From: Okamejei kenojei
Lineage: Eukaryota
Direction of reading: 5' to 3'
NCBI GenBank assembly: GCA_035221665.1
Contig: CM069166.1
Coordinates: forward strand, 1,488,001 to 1,552,000
Length of the DNA: 64,000 bases
Below, in pieces: positions 26,471 through 42,029 of this stretch. Each line of letters opens with the position of its first letter. The first letter of the stretch is position 1. Both the position numbers and the translations under genes were made by a program. The notes under the pieces are model-generated. The model worked only from the letters and a program-made list of their open reading frames with translations. It had not been told where the DNA came from and did not search any database.

Positions 26471-29400
26471 CATCTCTCAGTTACATCCTCTTAACCCTCA
26501 TGATGCTGAGATTGCTGAGGCTCGTTGCCTTGCCATCCTCATTGCACACCAGTCCCCAACTGGACCTCGCCCTAATCATCTCCAACCCATTCCACTGTCT
26601 CCATGACTGACCTATGATATCTCAACCTTAAAGCGTTGAATAACAATCTCTTCTGACTAATTTAACACAAGCCCGAACCCAATCAGATACTTACCATACA
26701 AAATTTTTCTTGACCGACCACATTTTTCTGATCAAATCTCCTACCTACCCAAATGTTCAAAGTCTGACTCTCTCTGTCCAAGAGCCATATCCAATAACGT
26801 AATGGGCCTCAAATGTGATAATAATGGTAAGCTTACTAACAACTTCTTTAATGGTAACCTTACCAACAAGACTGCTCACATTTTATCGTTGCCCTATACG
26901 TGCCAACTCTTTGCATACTTTGTGTATGGTATGCAAAACAAACAAAAAAATCACAGTGACATGTCACATGTGATAATAAAGTGTCAATAAATCAATCAAC
27001 AACTATCAATGTAAATTCCCATCCATAGTCATGCAAAAACTATTCGGAATAGACAACTTCTATTTAGAATAGACGTCTTGGTTCATTTTCTATTAATCCA
27101 ATGACAGATAATTGTAGTGTTCTCCACTGGTTTTTTTTCTTAAATCAAAAATATTTATTCAAGTATTACAATAGTATTTACAACACAATAAGCCAAAACA
27201 GAACCCACCACCATAGTACAAGACAAAACGAATGTACTACTAAACAACTATATTACACTCCTTGTTTAAGAAGGAACTGCAGATGCTAGAAAATCGAAGG
27301 TAGACAAAAATGCTGGAGAAACTCAGCGGATGAGGCAGCATCTATGGAGCGAAGGAAATAGGCAACGTTTCAGGCCAAAGGCCTTGTTGTTACACACCTT
27401 GTCCAGAATATATCCTACCCCCCTCAGTGCTCAACGGTCCCGGAAATCCCCCCGGGTGCCCATGGGTGCTCTCCACTGTGGGTACAATTGTGATCAATCA
27501 ACACTGCACTGTTCAAAAGTCGTTTAAGGGAATCTTAATACATTGGGTAAGCCAGCAACTCACTAGTTAAACATACCAAAGCCATCAACAATTATTTGAT
27601 GTATATGTTGTATGAAAGGTATAAGCGAATGAAGTCCATGGGATCAAAAAGCCAAGAATACAAAAGCTTAAAACACATGCTTTATTGCCTTCTAATAGTA
27701 CTAAAACGGTGTTGTGGGCCATCTTAATGCTGTTTGTGAAAGTTGCATATAGTTAAAGATTTTCAATTGTGAGATTTAAAGTGCAGTAAGGTTGCAAGTT
27801 TCCTTGTGTAATGCATTGTGTAAGTTTCAGAGCAGTGTACCCTATTGATCTTTTACAAGTTTTTTGCAGATTACAGCATTTAGCCATGCAGGTGCAATCT
27901 CAGCAACCAGCTCTAAGGAATCAAAATATAATAACATCAGCAAAAATCTCCAGCTAAAAGGGAGTGGTTGGGGAGAGAGAGAATGGGCCACTAGGGGATC
28001 CGGAGGCTCAGCTGTTGAAGAACTGTGTCAGCAGAAAATAGTCTTTCTGCCAGCAACCAGAGAGACTCCAGATCTACGGTCAGGCATCCCTGGCAGGAAT
28101 AGCTGAAAGATATCTGTAAAGACTGGAGTGTGGTCATTAATACCCAAACTGGCCCCTCTGTCAGCATCTCTTTCCCTTCACCTTACAAAATAAGTCTCTT
28201 CTTGAGTTTAAGTCTTTGGTGACCTCTTTAATGGAGCAGTGAACAGTGAATGCCAAGATGTGGAAAGAAACACCATTAGACACCTTGAATAATCCTAACA
28301 CCAAAGGCGTACAGGTCTGCAGGTTAATTGACTTGGTATAAATGTAAATTGTCCCTAGTGTGTGTAGGATAGTGTTAATGTGTAGGGATTGCTGGTCGGT
28401 GTGGACTTGGTGCGCCTAAGGACCTGTTTCCGCACTGTATCTCCAAACTAAGCTGAACAAAGAAGCAGGGGTAGCCTTGATATCCATGGGCAAAAGCAGT
28501 TCAGGCATATGGAACCTAGGTTTGAGGTTGCAGCACAAATCTCAGTGACAACAAAGAGTGCAGTTTGAGTGCTAACAAGAATACTGTCAAGAGGGAGAAA
28601 AAAAAAGGCAAATAAACTAGATTAGCTCAAACATTATGCTGGTGACAAACTTTGTATGCTGCAGTGCTATTGATGTCCATTGTGGAAGTTCTTTTGGAAA
28701 AGAAAATGCCTTGAACATGGCCGGAGTTGAATGTCCCCATGGGTGTAGGACACCTCAGAGTGAGCATAACTTTTCTCTACTCCAGCTTTACCCAATTTTC
28801 ACTCAACGACACATTTCTTGTTTGGCTTGTGTGAAAGAATGTCAAGGTCAAACATTGACAAGCAATCAGAAGCACACAGAAGCTGTGCGTGATAAGAGAA
28901 GTTCACAATGATGTCCCCCTCTACATTTGAACCTGTTCATACAAGGCATCATTTCTGAAGATAACAGAAAAAACTTGCAAATGTATTAATCAGTGAAGAA
29001 TTATAGATTTCACATAAGTGAAATGTGGGGGATTTGACATTAGTTACTTAACACAAAGAAGCACGGTGATGCATTTGGGAGGAAGCACTATGCCATACAG
29101 CATGAAAAGCATTTTGGCCCACTGAGTATGTGTCAGCCATCAAGCAATCATCTATACTAATCCTACATAAACCCTATTTGATCCTCCTTCCATCCCCATG
29201 TTATCCTCCATACATGTTCATTTTATCCTCCCTCTCCCCAGGTTCTGCCACAACATGGCACCAAGGGCAATTTACATTGACCTATACCAATCCACATGCC
29301 TTTGAGATGCGAGTGGAAATCCACATTGTCGCATGCAAACTTCACGCAAACAGCACAGGAGGTCAGAGTTGAATCCAGGTCACTGGAGCTGTGAGCAAAG

Positions 29401-29944
29401 ATACTGAATCAGCAGCGCTGTTAGCTGCGCCACTGTGTCACCCATGAGAACACACATTATGAAAAGGAATTTGCAAGAGCAAAGAGACATAGGGTGGGGA
29501 AGAGGAGAAATATACAAAAATCTTTGAAGGTTGCTGAACAAATTGATTAAGCTAGGGACGGGTTTTGAAGGAGTTGTAAGGAAAGAGTTTCACTGCAGGG
29601 TAGATAATTTCAGGGGGCCTTCAGGGGCAACCGCCAATGAAGCAAATACAATTGTGACTTGCAAAGGATATTTGGACAGATATGGATTGAAAAGGTTTAG
29701 AGGATATGGGCCAAATACAGGTAAATGTGATCAGCTCTGAATGCCAACTTGGTCGGTTTTGACAAGTTGGGCCAAAGGGCCTGTTTCCATGTTGCATAGC
29801 TCTACGACTTTTTATTTTAAATAACATGACTTGTTATGATTTAAAATACATTTTGAGAAAGGATGGTGCAAACAGATTGTTTATTAAATTCTGAAAAATA
29901 AACTGGATATACAATTTTAAGGGAAATCATTCAATGATTGATAG

Positions 29945-30690
29945 ATAGAAAGATACAGCATGGAAATAGACCCTCTGGCCCACCGAGTCCCCATTGATCA
30001 TCAATTACCTATTCACGCCAATTCTATGTCAGGCTAGATGCAGGAAGATTGTTCCCGATGTTGGGGAGGTCCAGAACAAGGGGTCACAGTTTAAGGATAA
30101 GGGGGAAATCTTTTAGGACCGAGATGAGAAAAACATTTTTCACACAGAGAATGGTGAGTCTCTGGAATTCTCTGCCACAGAAGGTAGTTGAGGCCACTTC
30201 ATTGGCTATGTTTAAGAGGGAGTTAGATGTGGTCCTTGTGGCTAAAGGGATCAGGGGGTATGGAGAGAAGGCAGGTACGGGATACTGAGTTGGATGATCA
30301 GCCATGATCATATTAGGGGAAAACAAATGGTCGGCACGGACTGGAAGGGCCGAGAGGGCCTGTTTCCGTGCTGTAATTGTTATATGGTTATATGGTTATA
30401 TTGAATGGCGGTGCAGGCTCGAAGGGCCGAATGGCCTACTCCTGCACCTATTTTCTATGTTATCCCACTTTCTCCTCCGCTCCCTACACACCTGGGACAA
30501 TTTTCCAGAGGCTAATTAGCCTACAACCTGTACATCTTTTGGGATGTGGGAGAAAACCGGAGTACACGTAGAAAATGCATGTGATCACTGGGAGAACGTG
30601 CAAACTCCAGAAAGACAGCAAGCGATGTCGGGTTTGAACCAGGATCACTGGCTCTGTGAGGCAGTAGCTTTATCAGCTGCACCACTATGC
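29945..30690 (-). mobile_element. HE1-like SINE split by a CR1 insertion
   Basis: SINE tail at 29945-30029 and head at ~30460-30690. The sequence ttctatgt occurs on both sides of the inserted CR1. Confidence 0.7.
30030..30452 (+). mobile_element. CR1 LINE 3' fragment, itself interrupted at ~30315-30400 by another short tail element
   Basis: ORF FPMLGRSRTRGHSLRIRGKSFRTEMRKTFFTQRMVSLWNSLP...GYGEKAGTGY is nearly identical to the end of the 46817-47431 ORF. Confidence 0.85.
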
Positions 30691-31553
30691 CATCCATATG
30701 GTAAACGAGATAACATAAACAGAATAGATCAAATGGCCTTGTTTTTTTCTGGGCGATTCTATGAGTTTCAATGCAGATAATCAATGTCAGCATCAAATAT
30801 TGCCAAGGTCAAAGGAATATTCAGGGAGAGTGAAGCACCCACTCCTCTATCATAACCACAGAGGAACACCATATATTTCCCCAGAAGCAGTTCTGTGCTT
30901 GGAGCCAAATGGCAAGATAAACTAGTTTGATATTGCACAAAGTAAATTTATAGGAGCCTTGGTCATAGCAAGCACAGGGATTTGCACACCATTATTTGCG
31001 ATGAATTAAAACCCAGGGCCGAGGGACAAAGGACCAAAATGCGTTATCGCATTCTAATGCATTGTAAAATGAAACCACGATGACAATTTATTTGCATTTT
31101 GCTTTACTTACAGGGAGCAGCAGAGTAACCTGGGAAACGTACTGCTGCACTAAATTCAACGTGGCCTTTTCATTGACAGGGCTGAAATATAAATGCTACC
31201 CAGCGCGGCTCAGTTCTAACACATATTCAAATGAGAACATGCCCTGTGATAAACCGGTCGGATTCTCTGCACAAACAGCTGCAGCACCTGCACTTGGACA
31301 TGAAGCGCAACGATGCCTGAGCCTTCTATCAAAGCAAAGCATATATTAAATTAAGCAAACAGCTTTTTCACCATGTTCCTAATTCAGTCATTTCATTGCA
31401 GCCCAACCCCTCCAGCTATGAGCAAATATTCAAATGCACGACATTTACAAAATGATACCAATTTAAGCATTTAATTAACAGTAGCCTGGGAATTCAATCA
31501 AATATTAAATTGAACACAAAAAAAAAGAAAGCTTTTAATAGAGAGACACTCAC

Positions 31554-31701
31554 TGTGCAAGTTCCAGGCTGAGCAGTGTTCTGATTCCTGCCTGGTGTCA
31601 CTTTCGGAACCTGTCGTCTCAAAGTCCTGTGAAGACCCCCTTGTACTCCTGTTAAAGAGCCTTATGGCCAAGTTCTCAAGTTTTTGAAAAGCAGAGGACA
31701 T
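31554..31701 (-). CDS. Candidate alternative first coding exon (MSSAFQKLENLAIRLFNRSTRGSSQDFETTGSESDTRQESEHCSAWNLH + 1 nt, phase 1); in-frame upstream ATG at 31758
   Basis: Open frame in unique sequence with ATG (-3 A), ending CACA|gtgagt (consensus donor). Protein-like composition: amphipathic start, then an S/T/E-rich stretch. Confidence 0.6.
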
Positions 31702-34700
31702 TTTTGACCCTTTGCGATCAGCAGCTCGTTGACAAGTCACCTCTGAACATTGATTCATGATTTTTAAAAACAGATCCGTAAGATTCTTCTTGCTTTTCCT
31801 CGTGTCATCAACATTCACAGCAGAGAAAAAAGGAGCTAATTTTAACAGCAAGACTCAACCAACATCCTGGCTTCACTCAGCAAATGCAACTAACGCACAG
31901 GCTGGCCAAGCAGTCTGCAGTAAACCGCACACCTTCCTGATCATACACATTAAAGAGCAGCAGCCCACAGCAGCCCTGATACTGATACATACTGCTTCCA
32001 GCTGGTTACTTAAAGACAGCAAGAACAAAAAAAAACTTTCTTCTGGCTTCGGGCCAACGATGTGATAGATTTAGGCAAATTGTTCACAGTAAACCTTTGG
32101 AAATTCAGGCAGAACATGTTCCGAGCAATGCTTCTACCACCTGCTTTACGCGCTTACCAAAGCAACTGTGAGGCTGCAGACAGCAAAGCTTGTAATACGA
32201 GTCAGAAGGCACACTTTGCAGAGATTACCAAACATGTCAATCACATTTGGTACACACCTTTCAAACATATTTATTCATACTTTTAAGTATCAATTGCCAC
32301 CAACAATTCCTCCCCTCTCCAAACACCCACCACAATCAGTACTTCAGTTCAATAACCCAAAAGGTTAAGTGACAGTGCAGTATTGTAAACTGGCAAGAAG
32401 GCAGAGGAAAATGTATCGCTGAAAACAAGCAAACAATGACGAGACCAACTTTCTCACTACTAGCAGCTGTTGAATTCCATCATGAAACTTTTGAGATTAT
32501 TTGCTACTTCTCTGACATATGTAATGAACCAGCAGTCACAAGAACAAGAGCCACTTATCATCACTCATAGGTAGAAATAAAATTCATAAAAGCAATGATA
32601 ATGAGGATGACTAATTTCTAATTTTGCACAAAGGGGAATGTGTAGTTGTAGTGCTATAAGCACTAGACATAATCTGTTTTTGTGTGGATTACCTGCCCTT
32701 TGTTCTACATGAACACAGGCCTTCTAACCCCAATGGAGGACAACAATTGAGAGTAAACCAGACCAGGGAAGGGATGTAGAGGGGGATAGAGATTAGTAAC
32801 AAGTCTTATCATAAAGTGGAGCAAGGGAAAACAAGCAGAGCAGAAACACAAACAGAATGCAGGGGAAAATAATAATTTACTAAATTTTATTTGTGTTTAT
32901 CCCCAATATTTTGGAACACAACTTTTCGATTAGAAAGAAAAAGACACAACGAGTTGGAGTAATCCACGGGTCAACAAGCATTTCTGGAGAACATGGATAA
33001 GAGATGTTGCATGTTGGGACCCTTCTGCAGACTGATGGTGCAGTGCAGTAGTGGGCGGGAGGAGAGAAAGCTGAAAGAGAGGAGTGGCAGGACATCTAGT
33101 TTATTCATTTTTCAGAATCTGGTCAAGGTATGCAGTTATTACCAATCCTTAATGGTACTTACAAGGATGGTGGTTGGCTGCCTTCTTGAACAGCTACCAT
33201 CCTGCAGGTGAAGTTGCTCCCAGGGGGTGATTGGGGAGTTGTTGGGCAGAGTTTCAGGATGTAGACCCAGCATCAATAAAAAATGTTTACAATTCCAAGC
33301 CAGGATAGTGTGCAACCTGCCAGCCGATGGTGGTGTTCCCATGCATCTGCTGCCCTTGTCCCTCCTTGGTATGGAGGTCACAGGTTTAAAGAATTGCTGT
33401 AGGAAAATCTTAACGGATAATGCATGCAGTGATGTGATTGTTTTTTAGCATAAATGCTGAGACTATGGAACACAGGCACCTCCATTTATATCTGTCTGCA
33501 ATCATGCCATTTTAGAGATGGTGAGAAAAGATGGTGTTCACTTAAAAAGAAACACATTCACAGCAAATAAGGGCCAACGTAGAACAGCTCAGCGCAGGAA
33601 CTGGCCCTGCAGCCCACAGTGTCAGTAACATGAATATTTCTCATAATGAGGGAGAAAGAAATAACTGGGGGAAAATTATGAAAACAATCACTTAGAAACA
33701 AAAGAGACTGCACCCAGAGGAAGGACCTCAATCTGAAACATTGACTGTCCATCTCCTTCCAAGGATGCTACCAGGCCCGTCAATTTAGTCTAGCAGTGTT
33801 TTTTTTTGTTGCTGTCAGGAGTCAGATATTTGAAATCTAATTTAATTGCCCAAAGTTCTCTGTATCTTTCATTGTCAGTTATTATGACAGAAAATGGACA
33901 TTTCTCGATGTGGTCCATGCTGGCTTCTCTGATTTCCCGCTTATATCCAAGTCAGGGGAGTCAAGAGTGTTTTATTGTCATATGTTCCATATACAATTAA
34001 ATTGTTACTTGCAGCAACACTCCCCAAATTATTCTCTCTCACATATGCACATCAGCTCTTTGATTCATTTACCACTTTGTAAAAAAAGGGGAATTTACAA
34101 CAAGCAGTTAACTTTCTAGCATATCCTTTGGATGCAAAATAAAACCAGTTGGAAACACATACAGTCACAGGGGGAATGTGCAAACTCCACAGAAACAGCA
34201 GCAGATATCAGGAATGAAGGTCTCTAGACCCGAGAGGCAGCAGCACTAACTGCTGTGGAGCTGTTCCACACTTATTTTTTTTATACATTTTTTTTAAAGT
34301 AAGTATTTTCTTGAAAAAAAAGGACAATTAAAAAGATTAGAAGTTCCACAAGTTCATATTTTTTGCTGTTGCCTGCTTTCAGTTGGTGCTTTAAAATAAT
34401 CCCACCGAGAAAGTGTTCATATTATTCACAAGAAATATGATGTTGGAAAGGAATTATCCAAAATTAACAAAGAGCCATTTCTTAGTTTTCCTCATCAGGG
34501 TAATTATAAATATGTTTATCCCATCCAAAAGAAAATCAAGTATTGTATTGTCATATGTACCAAAGCGGGACAATGAAATTCTTACTTGGAGCAGCACAAT
34601 GGGTTTGTAAACACAATACTCAATTGATAATATAATATCGTTAATAAATATAATGAAGACAATTAAAAAAGTCAATAAATTTTAAAACCCATTATAGTGC

Positions 34701-37700
34701 AAAAACAAGACAAAGTTCCTAATGCAACCAAAGCAGATTGTAGTTCAGATGTTTAGTTGGTGTTTGTAGTGTTCAATTGCTGCATGGTTGTTGGGAAGAA
34801 GCTGTTGCTGAACCTGGACGTTACAGTTTTCAGTGAATTTAAAGATGGAGTTGGAGCTGTGACCGGGTACAAAATCAAGGGTGGATGGCTCAAATGTAAT
34901 CATGTATTGTCTTTCCGCCGGCTGGTTAGCACGCCACAAAAGTTTTTGTTGTACCTCGGTACACGTGACAATAAACTAAACCAAACTAAACTGATGGGTA
35001 TAGGATTAGTAGAGCAGGGAGCTGAGCACCCTGAGATGCCCCTTGCGATGATTGTTATCGATGAGGAAGTGTTGCTACTAATTCCTACTGATTGTGTTCT
35101 ATTGGCGAAGAATATATGCAGGGGTTTCAATTTCAGAAACATGTTTAGAAACAGATAGAGAAAAAAATTATTGCCACCTAATGTGGAACTTTAAAAAAAA
35201 TTGTCAGCTAAGAGCTGCAAGAATATGAGCTGTCAATTCACGCTGAATATTGTTTCAACTTCATTTAATGTGAACACATGGCAGTAAATGAAAAAAATAA
35301 GGATCACAATCCATTCCTCATGGTGACTTTGGCACTGAAATAAGGATCAAAATTTGCTCCTCACTGGCCTTCCACACATTGCATTGGTTATTTTTACTCA
35401 AAAATTGGTTGTTGAAATGTTTCTGAACACTTGTAGTATTGGAGATTGGCTACATTAACAATCCAGTAAGGTTCCTTAATAAGGGCAATAAGGAATTATA
35501 GCCATGGAGGAGAAAAAGCATCAAAAGACTCAATGATTCTGCCATAAAATTAAGGGATGTACCGTGTCAGCGGCGGAGTGGAAAGACTCACCAGACAGGG
35601 TCACCTCACAGGCAAGCTGGTTGGGCCTGTGTTCATTGGGGATTTGAAGGACGAGAGAATGGTCTTACTGAAACACAGAAGATTCTGTTGGGAGATGAGG
35701 TATTACAGAGGAAGGAAGTTTTCAGTTTTACTCTGCCATCCATACACTTCTCATTTTGCTATAACAACACTTAAAAGACATTTGGACGGTAACATAGATA
35801 GGAAAGGGATATGGGCCAAATGCAGGTAGGTGGGACTAATGTAGATGTGAGTCGGCACGGGCAAGTTGTGCCAAGGGCCCGTTTCTATGCTGTATGACTC
35901 CATTTTACTCTCAAAATCTTTTTATGGCCCTCTTGTCCCTTAATATTATTATTCTGTTATACCTGGTAGACCTGGCTGGTGGGTTGCTAGAACAATGTAA
36001 ACTGCTTCCAGTAAGTGGTCAAGTGTTAAATCTTGGAGGAGTTGATGGGAATGTAGGGAAAATATAAAATGGGATTAATGGAGATTTGATGTAAATAGTT
36101 GCTTCATGTTAGTGCCCTCTGGTGTTCCTCGACCTCTGGCCTTTTGTACAATGCCTATTTCCATTACCCGATCACTGGAGCGCATGTCTTCAACTTTCAA
36201 GGCAATAAAATATGTGATTCCCTCCATTAACCACTCCAGCCCATCATCCGTTAATATATACTTCTAAAAATCTCTTAGGTTGTTGTATATGAGCCTTTGT
36301 TTAATAATGCCTCCATGGGATGGCTCACTAAATTAAAAATGTACTCTGCAAGCAAATCAAACTGTTAGTACTGTTGTGTCAGCTAGACATGGAAGACATG
36401 GGTACTGATTGTGGATGATCAGCCATGATAATATTGAATGGCAGTGCTGGCTCGAAGCTGCTACTCCTGCACCTATTGTCTGTGTTTCTATGTATAAGAA
36501 AGACAACACACCTGTCATATTTGAAATGAAACCAGGAATGTGTTTGACCTACACTGAAATGCAAAAATACACAAGAATTCCTGTATGTGTCCAATTTTGA
36601 CTTCATAGAGAAATCTCTGCTGAATTCTGCTTCTCCTGGAACAACACATCAATGTAGTCACCAAATAATTCTATCTCATACAACGCAAGGGAAGAAGTTC
36701 ATGACAAATTCAAATTTGGTCTGAGGAGAAACCAAAAGCAGAATCCTCCATATGCTGCTTAGTCAGAAATAGAAGCAGAAGTACTTGAAATCTTCAAAGA
36801 TAAGACCGCATCCAACAATATAGACAAAAAAATTGGTGTCTTAAGATACTGACCCATAAGTTTGTCCGAGCTGCTTATTCACATTTAAAGTTGACGTGCG
36901 TTCCACGTTTTAAAAAGCTCTTAAAAGAAAAAGATTGCAAATGTTCCACATTCCCATTTAAATAATGATGCTGTCAGGCTTCCTTGTGCAACAACATAGT
37001 GGATATTACTCAAAAGCTTTAAATCCATTTCTTGCAGCTGTGAATAAATCCACAAGTCCTTAAAGACACAGGCACACAACAGCAATGCTCTTCGTGTTGC
37101 TGACGAACGGTGTTTACACATAGATGGTTGCAGCAGCCTATTCCTGAAGGCATGCTCTCAGGTTTACTGACAGATCTTGAGAGGCTGATGGATCATATTA
37201 CCCAATGGATGGATGACCTCTGTTCCAGACCAACCTGCAGGAGACAACCAACGAAATTTCGCAGGAGCAACAATGCCCGTATTGGTGACAACTGCTGACA
37301 AAGTGTGATCTAACTGATGATAAAGGTGAACCTTTACAAGATTTCTTCATTACACCCACACCCAGCTTAATGCTATCCAGCAGAGGGCCGATTCATTGTA
37401 GCTCTCTTCATTTTCCAGTCCGAATACTAACTGGTATTCCAGTCCGAATACTCACTGTACCTCTCTGGCTCTGCGGAATATCTGGCACGCACCTTATTCT
37501 CTCTATTGCTATGCATTATTGTGCCTGGAACCTGGCACAAATCCTTGCCACCCACGTGGGCTCTGGCAACGGTAAATCATCCACGGCCCAATACAGTATG
37601 AGGTGGGCCAGGGCGTGCGGTGAGGGCACTCAGTTGCTCACAGTTGCACCAAGGCCAGTACGGTGAGTACAGGCCACTGCAGGGAACTTGCAGTACCTGC

Positions 37701-39996
37701 TCCATGTCTTGACACACTGCCCAACTCACTCCTCTCTTTGGCTGCAGAAGGCTTAAGGTCAGCAACCACCATAGTTACCACAGCAATCTGTGCTGGAGGG
37801 AACTCAGCTGCAGCTAAATAAAGATGGGGAGTCAGCAGGTTCCAGCACATGCATTAGGGGCTGATGACAGAGACATTGGCAGGCATGCCCGGGGTGCTAG
37901 AGCAGATGAGTTTGTCTAAGATTGTTGGGATAGATCGAATTATATCTTAGGACCATCTCACTCATCAGTATAGGTGCCCTGCCAGAAAGCATGGACTACA
38001 ACAATAACCTGGAGGATTCATTTCCAATTAAGCTCAATTAATGAATCTTTCACACATCAGTAAGCTAGCCAGGTGCAATCACTAGCCTGTAGCACAGATA
38101 TCATGAAGTTGCATTTGGACATGCACTCCAAAGAGCCATAAAGGTGTCTGCATTGCAGCAAGTACACTTATCAGTGCATCCATAACAACCCCACACATTA
38201 TGTCAAGGGGACATCAGCACACCAATATATACATATAATCTAAAATATATATTTTTTGTTTTCAAAAAATGTTTTCAGATTTGATTGTCATACAATTGTC
38301 ATACAGTAATCAGGCTGCATAAGGCCTCTTCATTGAGAACACTTAAGCAATGCAAGATCACAGATCTGTGATCAAAGCTCATCATCTTCATCTTCGAGAG
38401 TCAAGGTTCCACTGAAAACCTTTCACCCTGCCAAACCTGTCCAGTGGTGGCAGCCATTCTGAGAACACAAGCTTCAGAACAAGGTCATTCTCTGACACAT
38501 TTAGCAAACTGTACCTTTATAAATATGCAGAGGTCATTATTTTCCAAAATTACCCCAACAACAGCAGTGTACTGAAAGCACTTACAATGTTGTTCTCAGG
38601 CATGTGAGGGAATGGGACTTCGTAGCAATTCTGACATTTATGAACCCCTGAAAATAGGCCTACAGCAAAGAGATAGAAAATGTGTCAGAGATGCCAGCAA
38701 TGGGTTCTTTAAAGAGCATTCCTTTCCATTTCACACCATTTCTTCACTTCCCATTCCACCTACACTCGTTCTCTGACTCCACAATGGGCACCTCTTCCAA
38801 TTGAGTTTATCGTCCTGTGTACCAAGGTACAGTGAAAGTCTAGATGGAGGGGCCACATGAGTGCCATCATCTGAAAACATTTGGGTAAACACTCAAAATG
38901 GTGGGAGTAGTTATCCAGGCCTCAGATTGACCCCATGAGATGAAGAGGTATGTAAAGGAAGACACATCTACATTCTCTCAGGGGCAAGAATCGAGCCTCA
39001 CTTCCACATCAGGCAACAGCAGTTGCTGAGAGAGCAGGCATCCGCTTCCAGGAACCAGAGCCAGTCCTCCAAAGCTCTGATAACCCTAAGACAGCAGTAG
39101 GCCAAGCCATCAGCAGCATCATCAAGGGTTAGATAGTCATCTTCAAGATCTATTTGCTGTTCTTGGCAAGGTTGTAGAGGGTACAGTATGTCACGTAAAC
39201 TTCATACACGGAGGACCTTGCTCCTCTAAAACTGCTGGGTCCCAAGGGTTATGCCTGGTCCCCCAGACTGTAGGTCAATTATACACTTGGCAGTCAAGAG
39301 GCAGCCATCCAGAACACAGCTCTCAGCCTGAAGAAGGGTCTTGACCCGAAATGTCACCTACTCCTTTTCTCCAAAGATGCCGTCTGACCCACTGAGTTAC
39401 TCCAGCGCTTTGTGTCTATCATCAAAGACAAGCTGATTGAAGAATCCTAAGAGGGCAGTTTTCCAGTGGTCAGATGTCAGCTATAGTTGTGAACTTTCAA
39501 AACACCTGCAATCTTACATTTTGTTCCATTAATGTTTGTTGTTCATCCATTTGTGCTCATAATGCTGAAGCCATTTAACTTAACTGACTGCATGCTGCTC
39601 TCTACCCTTGCTTATCAAATCAGCCACATGCATTAGGCTCATGGTGTAGCTGTTACTACAAAGTACAGGATGTGTCCTTATGAATGGATGCACCATGTGC
39701 ATCATCAGTGTAACGTTTCATTCTTGTCTGATGTTGGTCCATTTTCTTTATTAATACACCATGGAACACAGCACATGGGTGCATCAGGTATTGCTAATGC
39801 CTCGCAGCTCCAGCAACCCAAGTTTAATCAGGACTTCCAATGTTGTTTGTGTGGAGTTTGCACGATCCCCTGTGGCTACGTGGGTTTCTTCTTAGATCCC
39901 AAAGATTTGCTGGCTGGTAGGTTAACTGATTACTGAAAAATTATATCTGGCGCAAGTTGGTGGAAGAAGATTTAGGGTCACAAGAAGACACAGCAG

Positions 39997-40055
39997 AAGA
40001 TCAAACAGAAGTCTTACAACTTTAGGCTGTGCACGCCATACGCAAGAAGAAGAAG
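39997..40055 (+). mobile_element. HDV-like-ribozyme short retroelement, copy D (5' truncated, no ribozyme)
   Basis: aagatcaaacagaa-gtcttacaactttaggctgtgcacgccatacgcaagaagaagaag matches the 3' half of copies A-C. Confidence 0.8.
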
Positions 40056-41566
40056 TTCCCTAAGATAAAGTTTCTCAATGGAGTAGCGGTTAATCAAACA
40101 GTACCCCAGTTTATGGAAAGACCATTCAGAAACCTGATAACAGAGGGGAAGAATCGTTAGGAATGTTGGAAATAACCAGTTCACGTGGGGGGAAATCCAT
40201 GCAATCACAATGAGAACATGCAATTTACACAAAGGCAGCAACAGCGGTCAGGATCGAACTCAGGTTACAGCAGCTGCAACATTGCAGCATTAACTGTTGA
40301 ACCGCTCTGCTACCTATTTCTCATCATCTCATGCTACTATTCAAAGAGGAAGTCATTGAGCCTAATTAGGGCAATCCAAGATGACACAAAATATGGTTAG
40401 CTGGAGTTTGCAGATTACTTTGAGGAGTAAGGCAGCCTGTTATTATCAGGATCCCTCGAGGCATACTGATTTAATGCTGACAACAATAATAAACTTGTAC
40501 AGATGGTTCAAAGCCTTATAATAGTAACTCAAAATGAAGGCAGGTTTTCCTCTAAAATTCTGCAGCAATAGTGTGATGCCTTGAAACTATGATCCTCTAA
40601 GGATAGGCCGGTGATCCTAGATGCCTTTAAAAATGTGCAGTTGATCTCAATGTTACAATAAGACTGCAAAATGTCAAACAGCGGGACAGCAGTCTATGCT
40701 TCATGCCATGTTGCTCAAAGATCACAGAAGGGTTCACACAGATTTCTCTCTTAAAGTCAATGGTTACACAATTCCACAGCACCTTCACGGGAACTGTAGG
40801 AGTTGAGAATGGCAGTCTAAACATTTAACATTAGATCTATAATTGTAAATTACCATGACAAAATGTGCTACAGTGTTAGAGAGCTGGCTAACACTATACG
40901 ACATGAACAAGATATAATGTGCAGCTACTGTCCATTTATTCCATTGAATACATTGAGACCAAAGTCAGAAGGCCACTTACAGAATAGCCTCACTATTCTA
41001 TATTGATTTTCTGATTCTAAACATTCATCAGTGTATTTGATTGTACATGGGCTAATGGGGTATTTAGTGAGTACAAAGTTTGCAAATGGGACGAGCTGCT
41101 CGCCACAAGGGCATTCAACCTCCACGATAAATTCATGATTGCAATAGGCGTTAGATTTGAAAAGTGAAGGCGGTATGTGGACAATAGGGCGTAATTTTCA
41201 CTTTATTCCCCCCAAGGGCTCACAACAATGACAAGTTGAATTTGCTCAACTACGTCTTTGTTTCTGGGTAAGCTCTTGTGAAATGTCTCACCAAAACCGA
41301 GAACTGGGATTGGGAGTTTCAGCCTTTACAATTATGGATCCAATGTCATACGTTTATGGGCGACAGGGCCTAACCCATGCTAAGCTAACTTTCTTGAAAA
41401 TCATTATTAGCTGTGGTGTGGCTGTGTTGTAAAGCTGTAGCTATTGATTACATCATACTAAATACTGCTCCCACAATATTATATTGGTGTAACCTGGAAA
41501 AGATTCTAGAAGGAATTAGTATTGGTTTATTTTGGTCGCATGAACTGAGATACTGTAAAATTGTGA

Positions 41567-42004
41567 GTTTGAAGAAAGGTCTCGACCCGAAACATCACCT
41601 ATTCTTTTTCTTCAGCATATCTTTCATTCATTGTTCTTTATCTCTCCACATCACCGTCTATATCTCTCGTTTCCCTGATCCCTGACCAGTCTGAAGGGTC
41701 TCGACCCGAAACGTCGCCTATCTCCTTCGCTCCTTAGATGCTGCTGCACCCGCTGAGTTTCTCCAGCCTTTTGTGTACCCTCGATTCTCCAGCATCTGCA
41801 GTTCCTTCTATAACAACAACATGATGTCTGTCCCGCTGAGTTACTCCATCTTTTTGTGTCTATCTTTAGCCTAAAGCTTTATTTGCATGCTATCCAGTCA
41901 ACTCAACCTTAGCTTATGAGAAGAAGGGTCTCGACCCGAAACGTCGCCTATCTCCTTCGCTCCTTAGATGCTGCTGCACCCGCTGAGTTTCTCCAGCATT
42001 TTGT
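41567..42004 (+). mobile_element. Cluster of nested PLE terminal-repeat fragments with three hammerhead-like motifs
   Basis: gtctcgacccgaaac occurs near 41579, 41698 and 41928. The last insert is flanked by a 25-bp direct repeat (41897-41921 / 42005-42029). Confidence 0.75.
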
Positions 42005-42029
42005 GTCAACTCAACCTTAGCTTATGAGA